This document shows positions 29,647 through 38,174 of a stretch of DNA of 64,000 nucleotides, piece after piece. Position numbers and translations under genes: made by a program. The stretch lies in the NCBI GenBank assembly GCA_001799895.1, contig MGUI01000004.1, positions 20,961 to 84,960 on the forward strand, read 5' to 3'. The notes beneath the pieces were generated by a model. It was not told where the DNA came from, searched no databases, and was given only the letters and a program-made list of their open reading frames with translations. Numbering within the stretch: position 1 is the first letter of the stretch; each line of letters starts with the position of its first letter. This DNA comes from Elusimicrobia bacterium GWD2_63_28 (GTDB lineage Bacteria; Elusimicrobiota; Elusimicrobia; Elusimicrobiales; UBA9959).

Positions 29647-30123
29647 GTGGCAACAGCAAAAATGGACTCACAGGAAATCCACTACAAACCCGCCCCCCAA
29701 GAGAAAAGCCTTGTAGCTAGGCTTTTCAGCGATAAGATACAGCGTCAGCGACTTTCGGTTACTGAAATCATTAACCTAATTAACGAGCGACAGGCCATGC
29801 TTAACCGGAATGTTAAGACCCTGGATTACCAGCTTTGCCAAATAGGAGGGCTGAAGAGTACCTTCGACACCATTCACTACACGGCAGACCTTGGCGCGCT
29901 GATCAAGGACAAAATCGGTTTGGAGAAAAGTGTGACCGAACTTGAAATGAAGAAAGCGGACGAATACAAGCAGTGTTGGAAGGATATCAGCACCCTCAGG
30001 AAGGACCTCCTCGATGGACTGGTGGAATACATGGCACTGCAGAAAAAGGCCGAGCTACTGTCTCCTAGCTACAGAGAATACGATAAGACCAGCCCCTATC
30101 CCCCTAAACCCACATACTCATGA
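29647..30123 (+). CDS. Hypothetical coiled-coil protein
   Basis: 158-aa ORF (GTG; alternative ATG at 29662). Its stop overlaps the start of the ATPase gene (ATGA at 30120..30123). Confidence 0.5.
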   Translation: MATAKMDSQEIHYKPAPQEKSLVARLFSDKIQRQRLSVTEIINLINERQAMLNRNVKTLDYQLCQIGGLKSTFDTIHYTADLGALIKDKIGLEKSVTELEMKKADEYKQCWKDISTLRKDLLDGLVEYMALQKKAELLSPSYREYDKTSPYPPKPTYS

Positions 30124-32207
30124 CCTTCAAAACTCCCGACGATAAAGTGAAAGAGCTTCTTATCAGCCTGCGCCCTAAAATCGGCACAGATGAGGCGGAG
30201 CAAATCTGGCAAGCCTATTGCCTTAGCGACGACAAGATGAAGGCCGAGCTTGAAGAGATGATAAGCATGATGGCCTACACAGAGCTGGGGAACACACTAA
30301 GCGGTGGACAGGCTTTCTTCGCTCCACCTCCAAGGGAACTCGCCGCCGGCCCATATCCACTCGGCAACGTGATACAGAACGGACAGACCCTATATCCTTT
30401 TGCGCTGCACGACAAAGAGATAGGAGAGCATGTCTCGATAACAGGTCGTAGCGGCGCCGCTAAGAGCACTGTACTCTTCCATGTGCTCCAAGGACTGCTG
30501 CACAAATCGCCCGATGTTAAACTGCTGGCCTTTGACTGGAAGAGGGAGCTTCGGGCGCTTACCCTTCACCCCGCCTTAGGGGATAAAGTCCAGGTCTATA
30601 CTGTCGGCCGTGACATAGCCCCGTTCCAGTTTAACCCTCTAATTCCCCCTCCTGGGACCAACATAACCAATCATATGGAGCAATTGCTGGACATCATCTG
30701 CCGCTGTTTTTACGCTGGAGAGGGAGTCTTCGACATCCTTACGCGTGCGATAGATTCATGCTACCGGGATTTCAAAGTCTATGAAGGCAAGGCACTCGGC
30801 TATCCCACCTTCCGGGATATTCATGCCAAGATTGAAAGCTTTGACCTGAAGGGCAGGCAGAACGAATGGAAGTCTTCTGCCTTAAGGATTACCCGGGCGC
30901 TAGGTTTTGGGGAATTCGGGAATGTCGTAAACACCTCTGGCAACAACCTAACGGAGATTCTGAACCAGCACACGATACTTGAGCTGGACTCCCTCCCAAT
31001 GGCTAAAAGGGTGTTCTTCGTAAGCGCCCTACTAGCCTGGCTGTACAGCTACTCGCTCGGGAGAAAGACCAATGAAGCTGATTTCGGCAGGACGCTTAAT
31101 CGGGTTATCGTCATAGAGGAGGCTCATAATATCGCGTTAAAACACGCTGCCGGGGCCAGGGAGAGCATTTTAGAGCAGATGATAAGGCAAGCCAGGTTCC
31201 TGGGGATAGGAATGATCCTGGTGGACCAGACCCCCAGCCTGCTGTCCTCCACAGTCATGGCCAACGTACACACCTCCATAAGCCTTAACCAGAAGAACAG
31301 CGGAGACATCAGCGCGGCCGCAGCAAACCTTCTTTTGGACGATAAGCAGCGGGAACAGTTGAGCCTACTGCGTGTCGGCGAGGCAATAGTGAGGCTTTCT
31401 GATCGGCACCTTACCCCTTTTATGATCAAGACGGAGATTGTCCCGATTAAGGAGATGCCCGTGCCAGACTCTGCCCTGCGTAGGGATACAGGTCCGCCCG
31501 AAGGCGGTTGTTTCACCTATTCCCCGCCGGAAGCATCTGAAACAAGCCATAACCCCGGTGATTCCGCGCCTGACAATATAACAGAGGACGAGACTAGATT
31601 GTTGAAAGACATACTGGAATATCCATTCATCGGAGTAGCAAAGCGATATAAGAAACTATTTCTTAGCGCAAGAAAGGGAAATGAGCTCAAAGAAACGCTG
31701 ACCCGGAAAGGCATTGTAGAAACCGAAGAGATAAACACCGGCAAGGCCAGCCTTATGCTGCTTAAGCCCACGGCGCTCGGCCTCCGCCTTGCGCATGAAT
31801 TGGGACTAGAACAAAAAAAACCGATAGACTTCCGTGCCTCCTTGGAACATGAATACTGGCGACACAAGGCTGCGACCTTCTGCAAGGCATTGGGCTACCA
31901 GGTGGAATATGAGGCTAAGGTGAACGGGAAGACGGACATTGTCGCCCGGAAGGACGATATCTCTATCGCCATAGAGATAGAGACTGGAAAGAACAATCTG
32001 GATTATGCCATCGGCAATATTAAAAAGAACTTAACGAAAGGATTTGACCGAGTAATCTCGCTGGTCAGCGAGCCTGCGTTCCTTGTGCGCCTTCAGGAAC
32101 AGGCAAGGGCGGGACATTTAGATGTCCCCGACGTAAAGATCATGCCTGCCCACCAGTTCTGTGCAGGCAATATCCCCTCTTCCGAAGATAAGCCGTATAC
32201 CGAATAA
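30120..32207 (+). CDS. HerA/FtsK-like (DUF87-type) ATPase fused to wHTH and PD-(D/E)xK-like C-terminal domains
   Basis: Walker A ITGRSGAAKST, Walker B VIVIEEAHNI, a wHTH-like segment (SARKGNELKETLTRKGIV), and C-terminal EHEYW...TDIVA...IAIEIETGK. Confidence 0.7.
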   Translation: MTFKTPDDKVKELLISLRPKIGTDEAEQIWQAYCLSDDKMKAELEEMISMMAYTELGNTLSGGQAFFAPPPRELAAGPYPLGNVIQNGQTLYPFALHDKEIGEHVSITGRSGAAKSTVLFHVLQGLLHKSPDVKLLAFDWKRELRALTLHPALGDKVQVYTVGRDIAPFQFNPLIPPPGTNITNHMEQLLDIICRCFYAGEGVFDILTRAIDSCYRDFKVYEGKALGYPTFRDIHAKIESFDLKGRQNEWKSSALRITRALGFGEFGNVVNTSGNNLTEILNQHTILELDSLPMAKRVFFVSALLAWLYSYSLGRKTNEADFGRTLNRVIVIEEAHNIALKHAAGARESILEQMIRQARFLGIGMILVDQTPSLLSSTVMANVHTSISLNQKNSGDISAAAANLLLDDKQREQLSLLRVGEAIVRLSDRHLTPFMIKTEIVPIKEMPVPDSALRRDTGPPEGGCFTYSPPEASETSHNPGDSAPDNITEDETRLLKDILEYPFIGVAKRYKKLFLSARKGNELKETLTRKGIVETEEINTGKASLMLLKPTALGLRLAHELGLEQKKPIDFRASLEHEYWRHKAATFCKALGYQVEYEAKVNGKTDIVARKDDISIAIEIETGKNNLDYAIGNIKKNLTKGFDRVISLVSEPAFLVRLQEQARAGHLDVPDVKIMPAHQFCAGNIPSSEDKPYTE

Positions 32208-32208
32208 C

Positions 32209-32562
32209 TCAAAATATGCCTTTTTCTCCCCCTTCTCGGCTTGCCATAGAGTTAAGCGAACTCTTCAGTGCCCTTTCCACCATCTCCAACCGGTGACTCC
32301 GGTAAGAGCCAAGCCCGCCAAGATCTAAACTTTGCCTTACCTGTTTCCATTCCATAGCTACTAGCTGTAAATATACCTGGCCATCAATGAGGTCCATCTG
32401 TGCCTTATTAAAAAAGAAAGCGTCATGTTCGTCTCCGGGGCGGCGCTCTTCGGCGCTCAGCGAGTGAAATCCCCGAAGGAAGCCCAGCTGATTTATCGAG
32501 CGTTCTAACTGATACATCCAGGCATCAAATATCTCTATAGTGCGCTTATCTCTTTGTGCCAC
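32209..32562 (-). CDS. Hypothetical protein
   Basis: 117-aa ORF; no family recognised. Confidence 0.4.
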   Translation of the reverse strand: MAQRDKRTIEIFDAWMYQLERSINQLGFLRGFHSLSAEERRPGDEHDAFFFNKAQMDLIDGQVYLQLVAMEWKQVRQSLDLGGLGSYRSHRLEMVERALKSSLNSMASREGGEKGIF

Positions 32563-32604
32563 GCTAGTACTACGATGTCCGGATTTATATATCTTTCGCC
32601 GGTG

Positions 32605-32817
32605 TTAGTAGTAGGTTGCGTAATCTTCGGGAAAGCCGAGATATTTTCTTATCTTCCCTGCAGGTGTATAGATATCGGCCAGATGTTCAAGGCTGAAGGA
32701 GGCATCTCGCAACTCCTTAACTATATGGTCCATCTTCTGGCTTATATCCGATACGACATGAGAGATGTAGTTCACATCGCGCTTCCACTTATGTTTATGC
32801 TTTTCAGCTTTTGCCAT
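32605..32817 (-). CDS. Hypothetical small protein
   Basis: 70-aa ORF upstream of, and co-directional with, 32209..32562. Confidence 0.3.
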   Translation of the reverse strand: MAKAEKHKHKWKRDVNYISHVVSDISQKMDHIVKELRDASFSLEHLADIYTPAGKIRKYLGFPEDYATYY

Positions 32818-32905
32818 TGTGAAATGACAACAGCGTTCAACTATATAAACCTTTCTATCTTTCGGAGTCCAAAAGGCTTAAATACCCCAGCCACATAAAT
32901 ATTTC

Positions 32906-33481
32906 ATGCTTAAGTGGTTAACAAAGCTCACGAAGAAGCGTCAAACAAAAGCGACTGCAGGGAAAAAGAGCAAACAGAACAGAATTCTCGACGAGATCAA
33001 AGCCCAGGTGGAGAAGGTTTCTGCCAAGTCTATCGGCAACACCGTCGATATAGAGGCACTTAAGAAACAAATCTCTACTATCGGCGACACCGTAGCCAGA
33101 CTGTCGGCTACGCTTGAGAGCACGCCGGCAGCGAACCCTATTGCGCCGGCTACGCTACCGCCTGCGTTGGCTGCGGAGGAACTTACGCATTTACAGGAGG
33201 CTACTTTGATAATTCTTTTTAGGCTCATCAGCAGGGAACACTCCCAGTGGATCCCGATGAAGCTCTTGGTAAATAACATATACCCCGGGCAGGACTACAA
33301 CCGGGTACGCACCACAATCTTCGAATATATGCGCCTCTTCGAAGACCTTGGAATGATAAAACGGGCAAAACGCGGAACCCGCACTTACATTACGCTCACC
33401 GAAAAAGGAACAACGATTGCAAAAAAGAAGCTGGCCGGCAAGGCAAAGAAAGTGTTGGAGTTGCCGGAGATAGAAACGTAG
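32906..33481 (+). CDS. Coiled-coil + winged-HTH DNA-binding protein
   Basis: C-terminal wHTH-like IFEYMRLFEDLGMIKRAKRGTRTYITLTEKG. Confidence 0.55.
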   Translation: MLKWLTKLTKKRQTKATAGKKSKQNRILDEIKAQVEKVSAKSIGNTVDIEALKKQISTIGDTVARLSATLESTPAANPIAPATLPPALAAEELTHLQEATLIILFRLISREHSQWIPMKLLVNNIYPGQDYNRVRTTIFEYMRLFEDLGMIKRAKRGTRTYITLTEKGTTIAKKKLAGKAKKVLELPEIET

Positions 33482-33558
33482 CCGACGTAGCGGGGATCGT
33501 CGCCGACGTTACCCCTGCGTATTGAACCGCGTTTCTCACGTATCCGCCTACGCAAAGA

Positions 33559-33876
33559 ATGACAGAGCAAAAACAAATACTGCACAATTTGGAATTCTGG
33601 GAGCAGCTAGTCACCAGGCTCCATTTCCTGGACATCAGGATTCTTGAGTATGTCTATGTGCAGGAGAACGGGGCGACCTACTTCACTTCGCTGGAGAAGG
33701 CCATGAGAAAGATGAATGTCAGACGGACCGCTATACGCAACCATACCCGACGTCTTGAGGAATTCGGCCTGATAAAGAGCACCCGCAGTGGCATTCTGGT
33801 CGTCAATTCTGTCCCGGAAATAACGGAGAACGTTACCCGGCTAATATCTCTGTGCAAAATGAGGTGGCAGGGATGA
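33559..33876 (+). CDS. Winged-HTH DNA-binding protein
   Basis: LEKAMRKMNVRRTAIRNHTRRLEEFGLIKSTRSG. Confidence 0.55.
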   Translation: MTEQKQILHNLEFWEQLVTRLHFLDIRILEYVYVQENGATYFTSLEKAMRKMNVRRTAIRNHTRRLEEFGLIKSTRSGILVVNSVPEITENVTRLISLCKMRWQG

Positions 33877-34139
33877 GGCTAGACGAGCGCGGCCGGCCCG
33901 GCCTGGATCAGTTGGAGGGCATTAAAGAGCGGATAATAGGCTTGATAGAAGAGCTTGGCATGGCGCATCCGGCGAGATTGCGGAAGGCCTATAACGAGCA
34001 TTATAGGCAAGGGCAGAAGATCTCCTGGATAACCATGAGGCGATATCTGGACCAGCTCAAGGCGGAAGGCAAGATTCGGGAAGAGGTAATTACCAGCGGC
34101 AAGAAGCGGACTATTTCTGTGATACGGGCTAATTTCTGA
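33852..34139 (+). CDS. Winged-HTH DNA-binding protein
   Basis: IIGLIEELGMAHPARL...RRYLDQLKAEGKIREE; overlaps the previous gene by 25 nt. Confidence 0.5.
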   Translation: MQNEVAGMRLDERGRPGLDQLEGIKERIIGLIEELGMAHPARLRKAYNEHYRQGQKISWITMRRYLDQLKAEGKIREEVITSGKKRTISVIRANF

Positions 34140-34183
34140 GCATAAGAGCTCGAACCTGATTTACTGCATGGGACGTATTTTTC

Positions 34184-34256
34184 ATCTATCTATATCTATC
34201 TATTGATAATCTCTCTATCTCTCTATCTCTCTATCTCTCTCTTCTCTCTCTATTTT
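34184..34256. repeat. Low-complexity TA/CT tract, (ATCT)n then (CTCTCTAT)n
   Basis: atctatctatatctatctat ... ctctctat ctctctat ctctctat ctctctcttctctctctatttt, immediately 5' of the iterons. Confidence 0.8.
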
Positions 34257-34375
34257 CTAAGCAAGATGACACTATTTCTAAGCAAAGTAGCACTATTTCT
34301 GAGCAAAGCGACACTATTTGTGAGCAAGATGACACTATTTCTGAGCAAAACGACACATTTTCTAAGCAAAGTAAC
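34257..34375. repeat. Iteron array: 21-bp tandem direct repeat, 5 full copies + 1 partial
   Basis: Units start at 34257, 34278, 34299, 34320, 34341 and 34362. Sequences are CTAAGCAAGATGACACTATTT / CTAAGCAAAGTAGCACTATTT / CTGAGCAAAGCGACACTATTT / GTGAGCAAGATGACACTATTT / CTGAGCAAAACGACACATTTT / CTAAGCAAAGTAACG. There are no spacers, so it is not a CRISPR array. Confidence 0.85.
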
Positions 34376-34558
34376 GCCGGGCGAAAGCGACGCGCAGTTC
34401 GTCGATGTGGCTTAGCAGTTAGCCCCATGACATATTTCAGCTTTGCGCCAACTTGCTCAGAAATCCTGCAAAAAGTTCCGCACATTGCTTAAAACTTTTT
34501 AGCGCGGCGTGCGTTTAACGGTTCGCCCATCGTGGAATGGGCGAAGTATATACTCAAA

Positions 34559-35293
34559 CTAAGGATTTTGAATAGTCCCGTCTGTTTTTATGCAGGAAAT
34601 GGGCCTCACTCGCAAAACGTCTGGTTCAAGCAATTCCGTCCCCATTGGCTCCTCAAAGACAATCCCCAAAAGTATTGGCCAATCATTATCTAGATAGGTC
34701 GTAATTCCTAGTATAGGGGACCCGCTTATTCCACCTGAAGAATGAATTTCACGATATTTCAAAGCATAATCGACCATTTCCGCACCAGGGTCGATTGTTG
34801 TATCGACTGTAACCAAAGTTGGGGTAACTCTTTTAACTCGCAGCCCTGAGCGATAAAAGGAATAAGCGCCAACGTTTGTCATTGAATCAACCCGTATTTC
34901 TTTGGGATATCCAGAGTTAAAGACCCCCATGTCCACTTCCGGCAAGATGTAATCGGGGCACTTCTGTACCGCAGCAATTTTACCAAGAGACTTTAATTCT
35001 TCAGAAGTAATCTTAAATGTTGCCAAGTCCAGATTTTTATCAGAATCGATGAGGCGGTCAGTTAATGCAAATGGTAGATTGAGAATAGTGATTTGACCGC
35101 CCTCCGACTTAAGCTTGTCTTGCAGGGCACTGTAAACATGATAGTTTGTAATTGCGATTGGATTTTCTGGATTAAAAAAAGTGACTGTTCCATTACAATA
35201 GAGCTTGCCAGGCCCCCCTTTTAACCAAAATATCGGGGCCACACAGGAACCTAAAATCCTTACCTGAGCATCGGATGGATCAATATTTGTCAT
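34559..35293 (-). CDS. Trypsin/chymotrypsin-like (S1) serine peptidase
   Basis: Catalytic-triad contexts ITNYHVY (His), LDLATFKI (Asp), GGISGSPILG (Ser). Confidence 0.7.
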   Translation of the reverse strand: MTNIDPSDAQVRILGSCVAPIFWLKGGPGKLYCNGTVTFFNPENPIAITNYHVYSALQDKLKSEGGQITILNLPFALTDRLIDSDKNLDLATFKITSEELKSLGKIAAVQKCPDYILPEVDMGVFNSGYPKEIRVDSMTNVGAYSFYRSGLRVKRVTPTLVTVDTTIDPGAEMVDYALKYREIHSSGGISGSPILGITTYLDNDWPILLGIVFEEPMGTELLEPDVLRVRPISCIKTDGTIQNP

Positions 35294-35341
35294 TGCGCAT
35301 TATGACTATTATACCTCTCCTCAACAATCCGAGACATGCGC

Positions 35342-35701
35342 TTATTTCTGGCAAAGCTCTTCGCAATCGAAGTAGCCCTTTTCGTTATTCCAGCAATACG
35401 GAGTAGTATCCCCCATTCTCCAGCCCATTAAGGTGCCGTTGGAAACATAGAGAGTGCTTGGATCCTTTGTTCCCAAGTAAGATAATTCGTGGTAACAGGA
35501 AGGGAACTGAAGGGCTTCGTGATTTTTTACAACGAAATCCAAGGCCGATGCCTGCTCAAGAACCAATGACATGGTTGATTTCTGTGCGTCTTCGTATTGA
35601 TGCTTGTAATGCGTTGCTGCAAGTGACACGATCAGAAACATTATGACAAGAACAAGTGCGTCGAATCGCAATCGGCTCAATGCATTTTTTTGCCAATCCA
35701 T
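35342..35701 (-). CDS. Small membrane-anchored protein
   Basis: N-terminal TM helix ALVLVIMFLIVSLAAT, Cys-containing ectodomain; upstream of the protease gene. Confidence 0.45.
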   Translation of the reverse strand: MDWQKNALSRLRFDALVLVIMFLIVSLAATHYKHQYEDAQKSTMSLVLEQASALDFVVKNHEALQFPSCYHELSYLGTKDPSTLYVSNGTLMGWRMGDTTPYCWNNEKGYFDCEELCQK

Positions 35702-35754
35702 AGAAATATGAGGATGTTCGGGTATATAAACCTTTCTGCTTTAACAGAGCAATA

Positions 35755-35784
35755 GCGCGCCCGCCCCAAAAGGGACGGGCGCGC
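35755..35784 (-). terminator. GC-rich hairpin downstream of 35805..37025
   Basis: GCGCGCCCG(ccc)-loop-(ggg)aCGGGCGCGC, a 9-12 bp stem 20 nt after the stop codon. No clear U-tract follows. Confidence 0.4.
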
Positions 35785-35804
35785 ATTGTTCAAGCTCACA
35801 GGTG

Positions 35805-37025
35805 TCAGTCTATTTCCCCTGTCACCTGCCACGACGAGACTGCTGTGTTAGGGACTGGCTCCCACCAGCCCTTCAGCATCACATCCCGGTGCTCCCGGCC
35901 GGTATGCTTAACCAAGCCGGAGACCAGTATCACGCCGTTCAGCGCCAGGAACTTCTCGACGCGATTTGGCCGGTTGTTGCCCTGACGCAACTCTCCCTGC
36001 CGGGGAGCGTAAGCCCTGACTGATTCCACAGCCAGTTCCAACTCCTTCACTCTCTGCTCGTAGATGCGTTCCTGCTCGCTGTCCGAGAAGCTATAACAGT
36101 AGTTGCCACCGGGGCGATAGTGAGCATTTGTTTCCGCTCCCATCTGCCTGGCATCCGGAGGATTATCTGCTATCGCTTTCAAGTCGGCCGGCGGCGGCGG
36201 GAGTTCAGGCAATTCATCCATCCTGTGGATAAAGAACCATTCCCCCTGCCGCTCAACCTGTATGCCTCCCATTTCGGCCATTACCACCTTGGCCGGCTTA
36301 AGGAGCTCGTACGCCTCCGCCACTGTTTTTGCAGCTCGCGGCAGTTTCACCATGAATGGGTTGAACACTTTATGTTTAAGTTCCTCTCTGTCGATGTCGA
36401 AAAGGAAATACTCCTCCCCAACCTTCAACAGGCAGGCCCCGACATAATGTCTCGTCTCATCCTGAGGAACCCATTCGTTGTTTTTCCACGTTTTAACCGT
36501 TACCGTTATGGTCTCCTCCGGCGCCTTCTCCAGAATTTCCGACGCAAGCAGGTTCAGCTTGGCATCAGCGAATATCTGAAACGGCACCGGGATAGCACCA
36601 GCCTTCTGCAGGATGGCTTGTGCCGGGGCTTGAGCATAGGTATAGGACCTCTGCCCACCGAATACCACGTGAGTCCCGCAATACTTCAGGCGATTGGCGT
36701 TAGACAACACTATGCCGCAAGGCAACCGTATCGCCAGCTCGTCCGTGCCATCAACCTTTGTCTCCGTTTTCTGGGCCGTGTAGTTGAAAGAGGTGCTGAA
36801 GCCCGTATAAATCAGCTTCGTCACCCCCCCCTCCACGACCGTGCTGTAGTTGCGGTAGCGGGTGCGGTTTCCGAGGGTGTTGTTCACGAACCCCGCCAGG
36901 AAGCCCTCCGCAGTCTTTACCGCTACTTTAGCCTTAGGCTCAGCAGGCTTTACCTTCATCTCCTGCTGAACCGGCTCCGGCGATATTTCCTCAACCGCTT
37001 CGCGAACCTTCTCATTGCTTTCCAT
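35805..37025 (-). CDS. Hypothetical protein (406 aa)
   Basis: Long ORF with a plausible protein composition. The antisense track ORF 36120..37283 is Arg/Leu-rich shadow. No family recognised. Confidence 0.55.
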   Translation of the reverse strand: MESNEKVREAVEEISPEPVQQEMKVKPAEPKAKVAVKTAEGFLAGFVNNTLGNRTRYRNYSTVVEGGVTKLIYTGFSTSFNYTAQKTETKVDGTDELAIRLPCGIVLSNANRLKYCGTHVVFGGQRSYTYAQAPAQAILQKAGAIPVPFQIFADAKLNLLASEILEKAPEETITVTVKTWKNNEWVPQDETRHYVGACLLKVGEEYFLFDIDREELKHKVFNPFMVKLPRAAKTVAEAYELLKPAKVVMAEMGGIQVERQGEWFFIHRMDELPELPPPPADLKAIADNPPDARQMGAETNAHYRPGGNYCYSFSDSEQERIYEQRVKELELAVESVRAYAPRQGELRQGNNRPNRVEKFLALNGVILVSGLVKHTGREHRDVMLKGWWEPVPNTAVSSWQVTGEID

Positions 37026-37045
37026 TTTAGTGTCCTCCTGTGTTT

Positions 37046-37498
37046 TTACTCCGACATCAACCGCTTCTCTTTGAGTGACAGGTGCCCGTCCTTAGTGACG
37101 ATCACATGGTCCAGCACCTCTATCCCGATCAGCCTCCCGGCCTCAGCCATCCTCTTGGTCAGCGAGATATCCTCCTCCGAAGGGGTCAGCGCTCCGGACG
37201 GATGGTTGTGGACCAGGATTATCGATGCCGAGTTCATCAGGATGGCAGCTTTGAATACTTCCCGTGGATGCACCAGAGAATAATTCAGGCTGCCTATACT
37301 GACCGTTTCTATACCCAACACCATGTTGCGGGTATCAAGATGGACCGTCAGAAAATGTTCCCGGTCCAGCTTTTTCAGGTACCCAAGCATCTTCGCTAGC
37401 TCTTTTGGGTTCGTGATACTTACGTCGTACTTTGCCTTTCCCTGCCTAACCAGCTGCACCCCTACACGCAAGCCGGATGGCAATCGCCCTATGGTCAT
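37046..37498 (-). CDS. radC: RadC-like JAB/MPN domain protein
   Basis: JAMM motif ILVHNHPSGALTPSEEDISLTKRM. Confidence 0.85.
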   Translation of the reverse strand: MTIGRLPSGLRVGVQLVRQGKAKYDVSITNPKELAKMLGYLKKLDREHFLTVHLDTRNMVLGIETVSIGSLNYSLVHPREVFKAAILMNSASIILVHNHPSGALTPSEEDISLTKRMAEAGRLIGIEVLDHVIVTKDGHLSLKEKRLMSE

Positions 37499-37575
37499 AA
37501 CTACCTCCTAATAAAAGAGGCGGGCGCCTCCCTTTCGAAAGCACCCGCCATCTGGTTAGTTTCTGGTACTGCTAC

Positions 37576-37902
37576 TTATACTTCCCCACGCCGCTTCATT
37601 GCCTCATGTCGCACCTCTGCCAGACTTTTCGTAGACCAATAAAGGTCACGCTCTACTCCGCCCAAAGGCCTCACATTGCAACTGTTCTCCTCTAGCTCCT
37701 GTAGGCTAAAGTATCCCAGCTCCACTTCGAACCCGCTGACAAGACCAAAGAACATCCCATCCTTGTACTCTGTTGCCCACCAGTCCCAGGCACCAGCACC
37801 CGTAAAGAAATGTGCCAGCACAGTGATCTCTTCCTCCTTTTTACCTTCGGTTGAACCTTGAGCCAGAAACGCAGCCTCCAGCTCTTTCGTCATCATTTTC
37901 AT
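37576..37902 (-). CDS. DUF2958-like protein
   Basis: FFTGAGAWDWWATEYKDGMFFGLVSGFEVELGYFSLQEL pattern. Start moved to ATG 37902 (AAGGAG RBS) from track start 37932. Confidence 0.5.
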   Translation of the reverse strand: MKMMTKELEAAFLAQGSTEGKKEEEITVLAHFFTGAGAWDWWATEYKDGMFFGLVSGFEVELGYFSLQELEENSCNVRPLGGVERDLYWSTKSLAEVRHEAMKRRGEV

Positions 37903-38097
37903 ACACTCTCCTTTCAGCAGAATTAGTAACAAGCGCCGACTAATGCGGTTCTTCTATTTCAAGGGTAAAGCCTTGGAACAACCGGAATGGCCGTCGCCAA
38001 ACTCACCTGAGGCGCAGGCATGAAAAGAGGATTAATCTTTCTAGCCTGCGCATTCAGTGATTTTTAGAGGTATCTGGGGTTTATATACTTTTCGGTA

Positions 38098-38132
38098 CGC
38101 GACATGACCCTGTCGCGGTCCTGATGTAAGCT
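38098..38132 (+). promoter_or_regulatory. Island operator/promoter copy 2: CGCGACA-tgaccc-TGTCGCG + 9 nt + TAAGCT
   Basis: Perfect palindrome at 38098..38117; upstream of the 38175 operon that contains the WYL regulator gene. Confidence 0.6.
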
Positions 38133-38174
38133 ATATTCAGAAAATGTGCCTCACCGCAGCTGGGACGTAGGGTT

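Noticed and set aside
34257-34375. Possible CRISPR array
   Set aside because: The repeats are directly abutting 21-mers with no unique spacers and no cas genes. They are iteron or minisatellite-like, not CRISPR.
34203-34415. 70-aa track ORF with the repeating peptide TLFLSK
   Set aside because: It is the 21-bp iteron array (a multiple of 3) read through. It has a TTG start, no RBS and low-complexity sequence, so it is a repeat artefact rather than a gene.
36120-37283. 387-aa plus-strand ORF
   Set aside because: It is antisense shadow of 35805..37025 and the radC-like gene. It is Arg/Leu/Ser-rich with no motifs, whereas the minus-strand genes have recognisable domains or an RBS.
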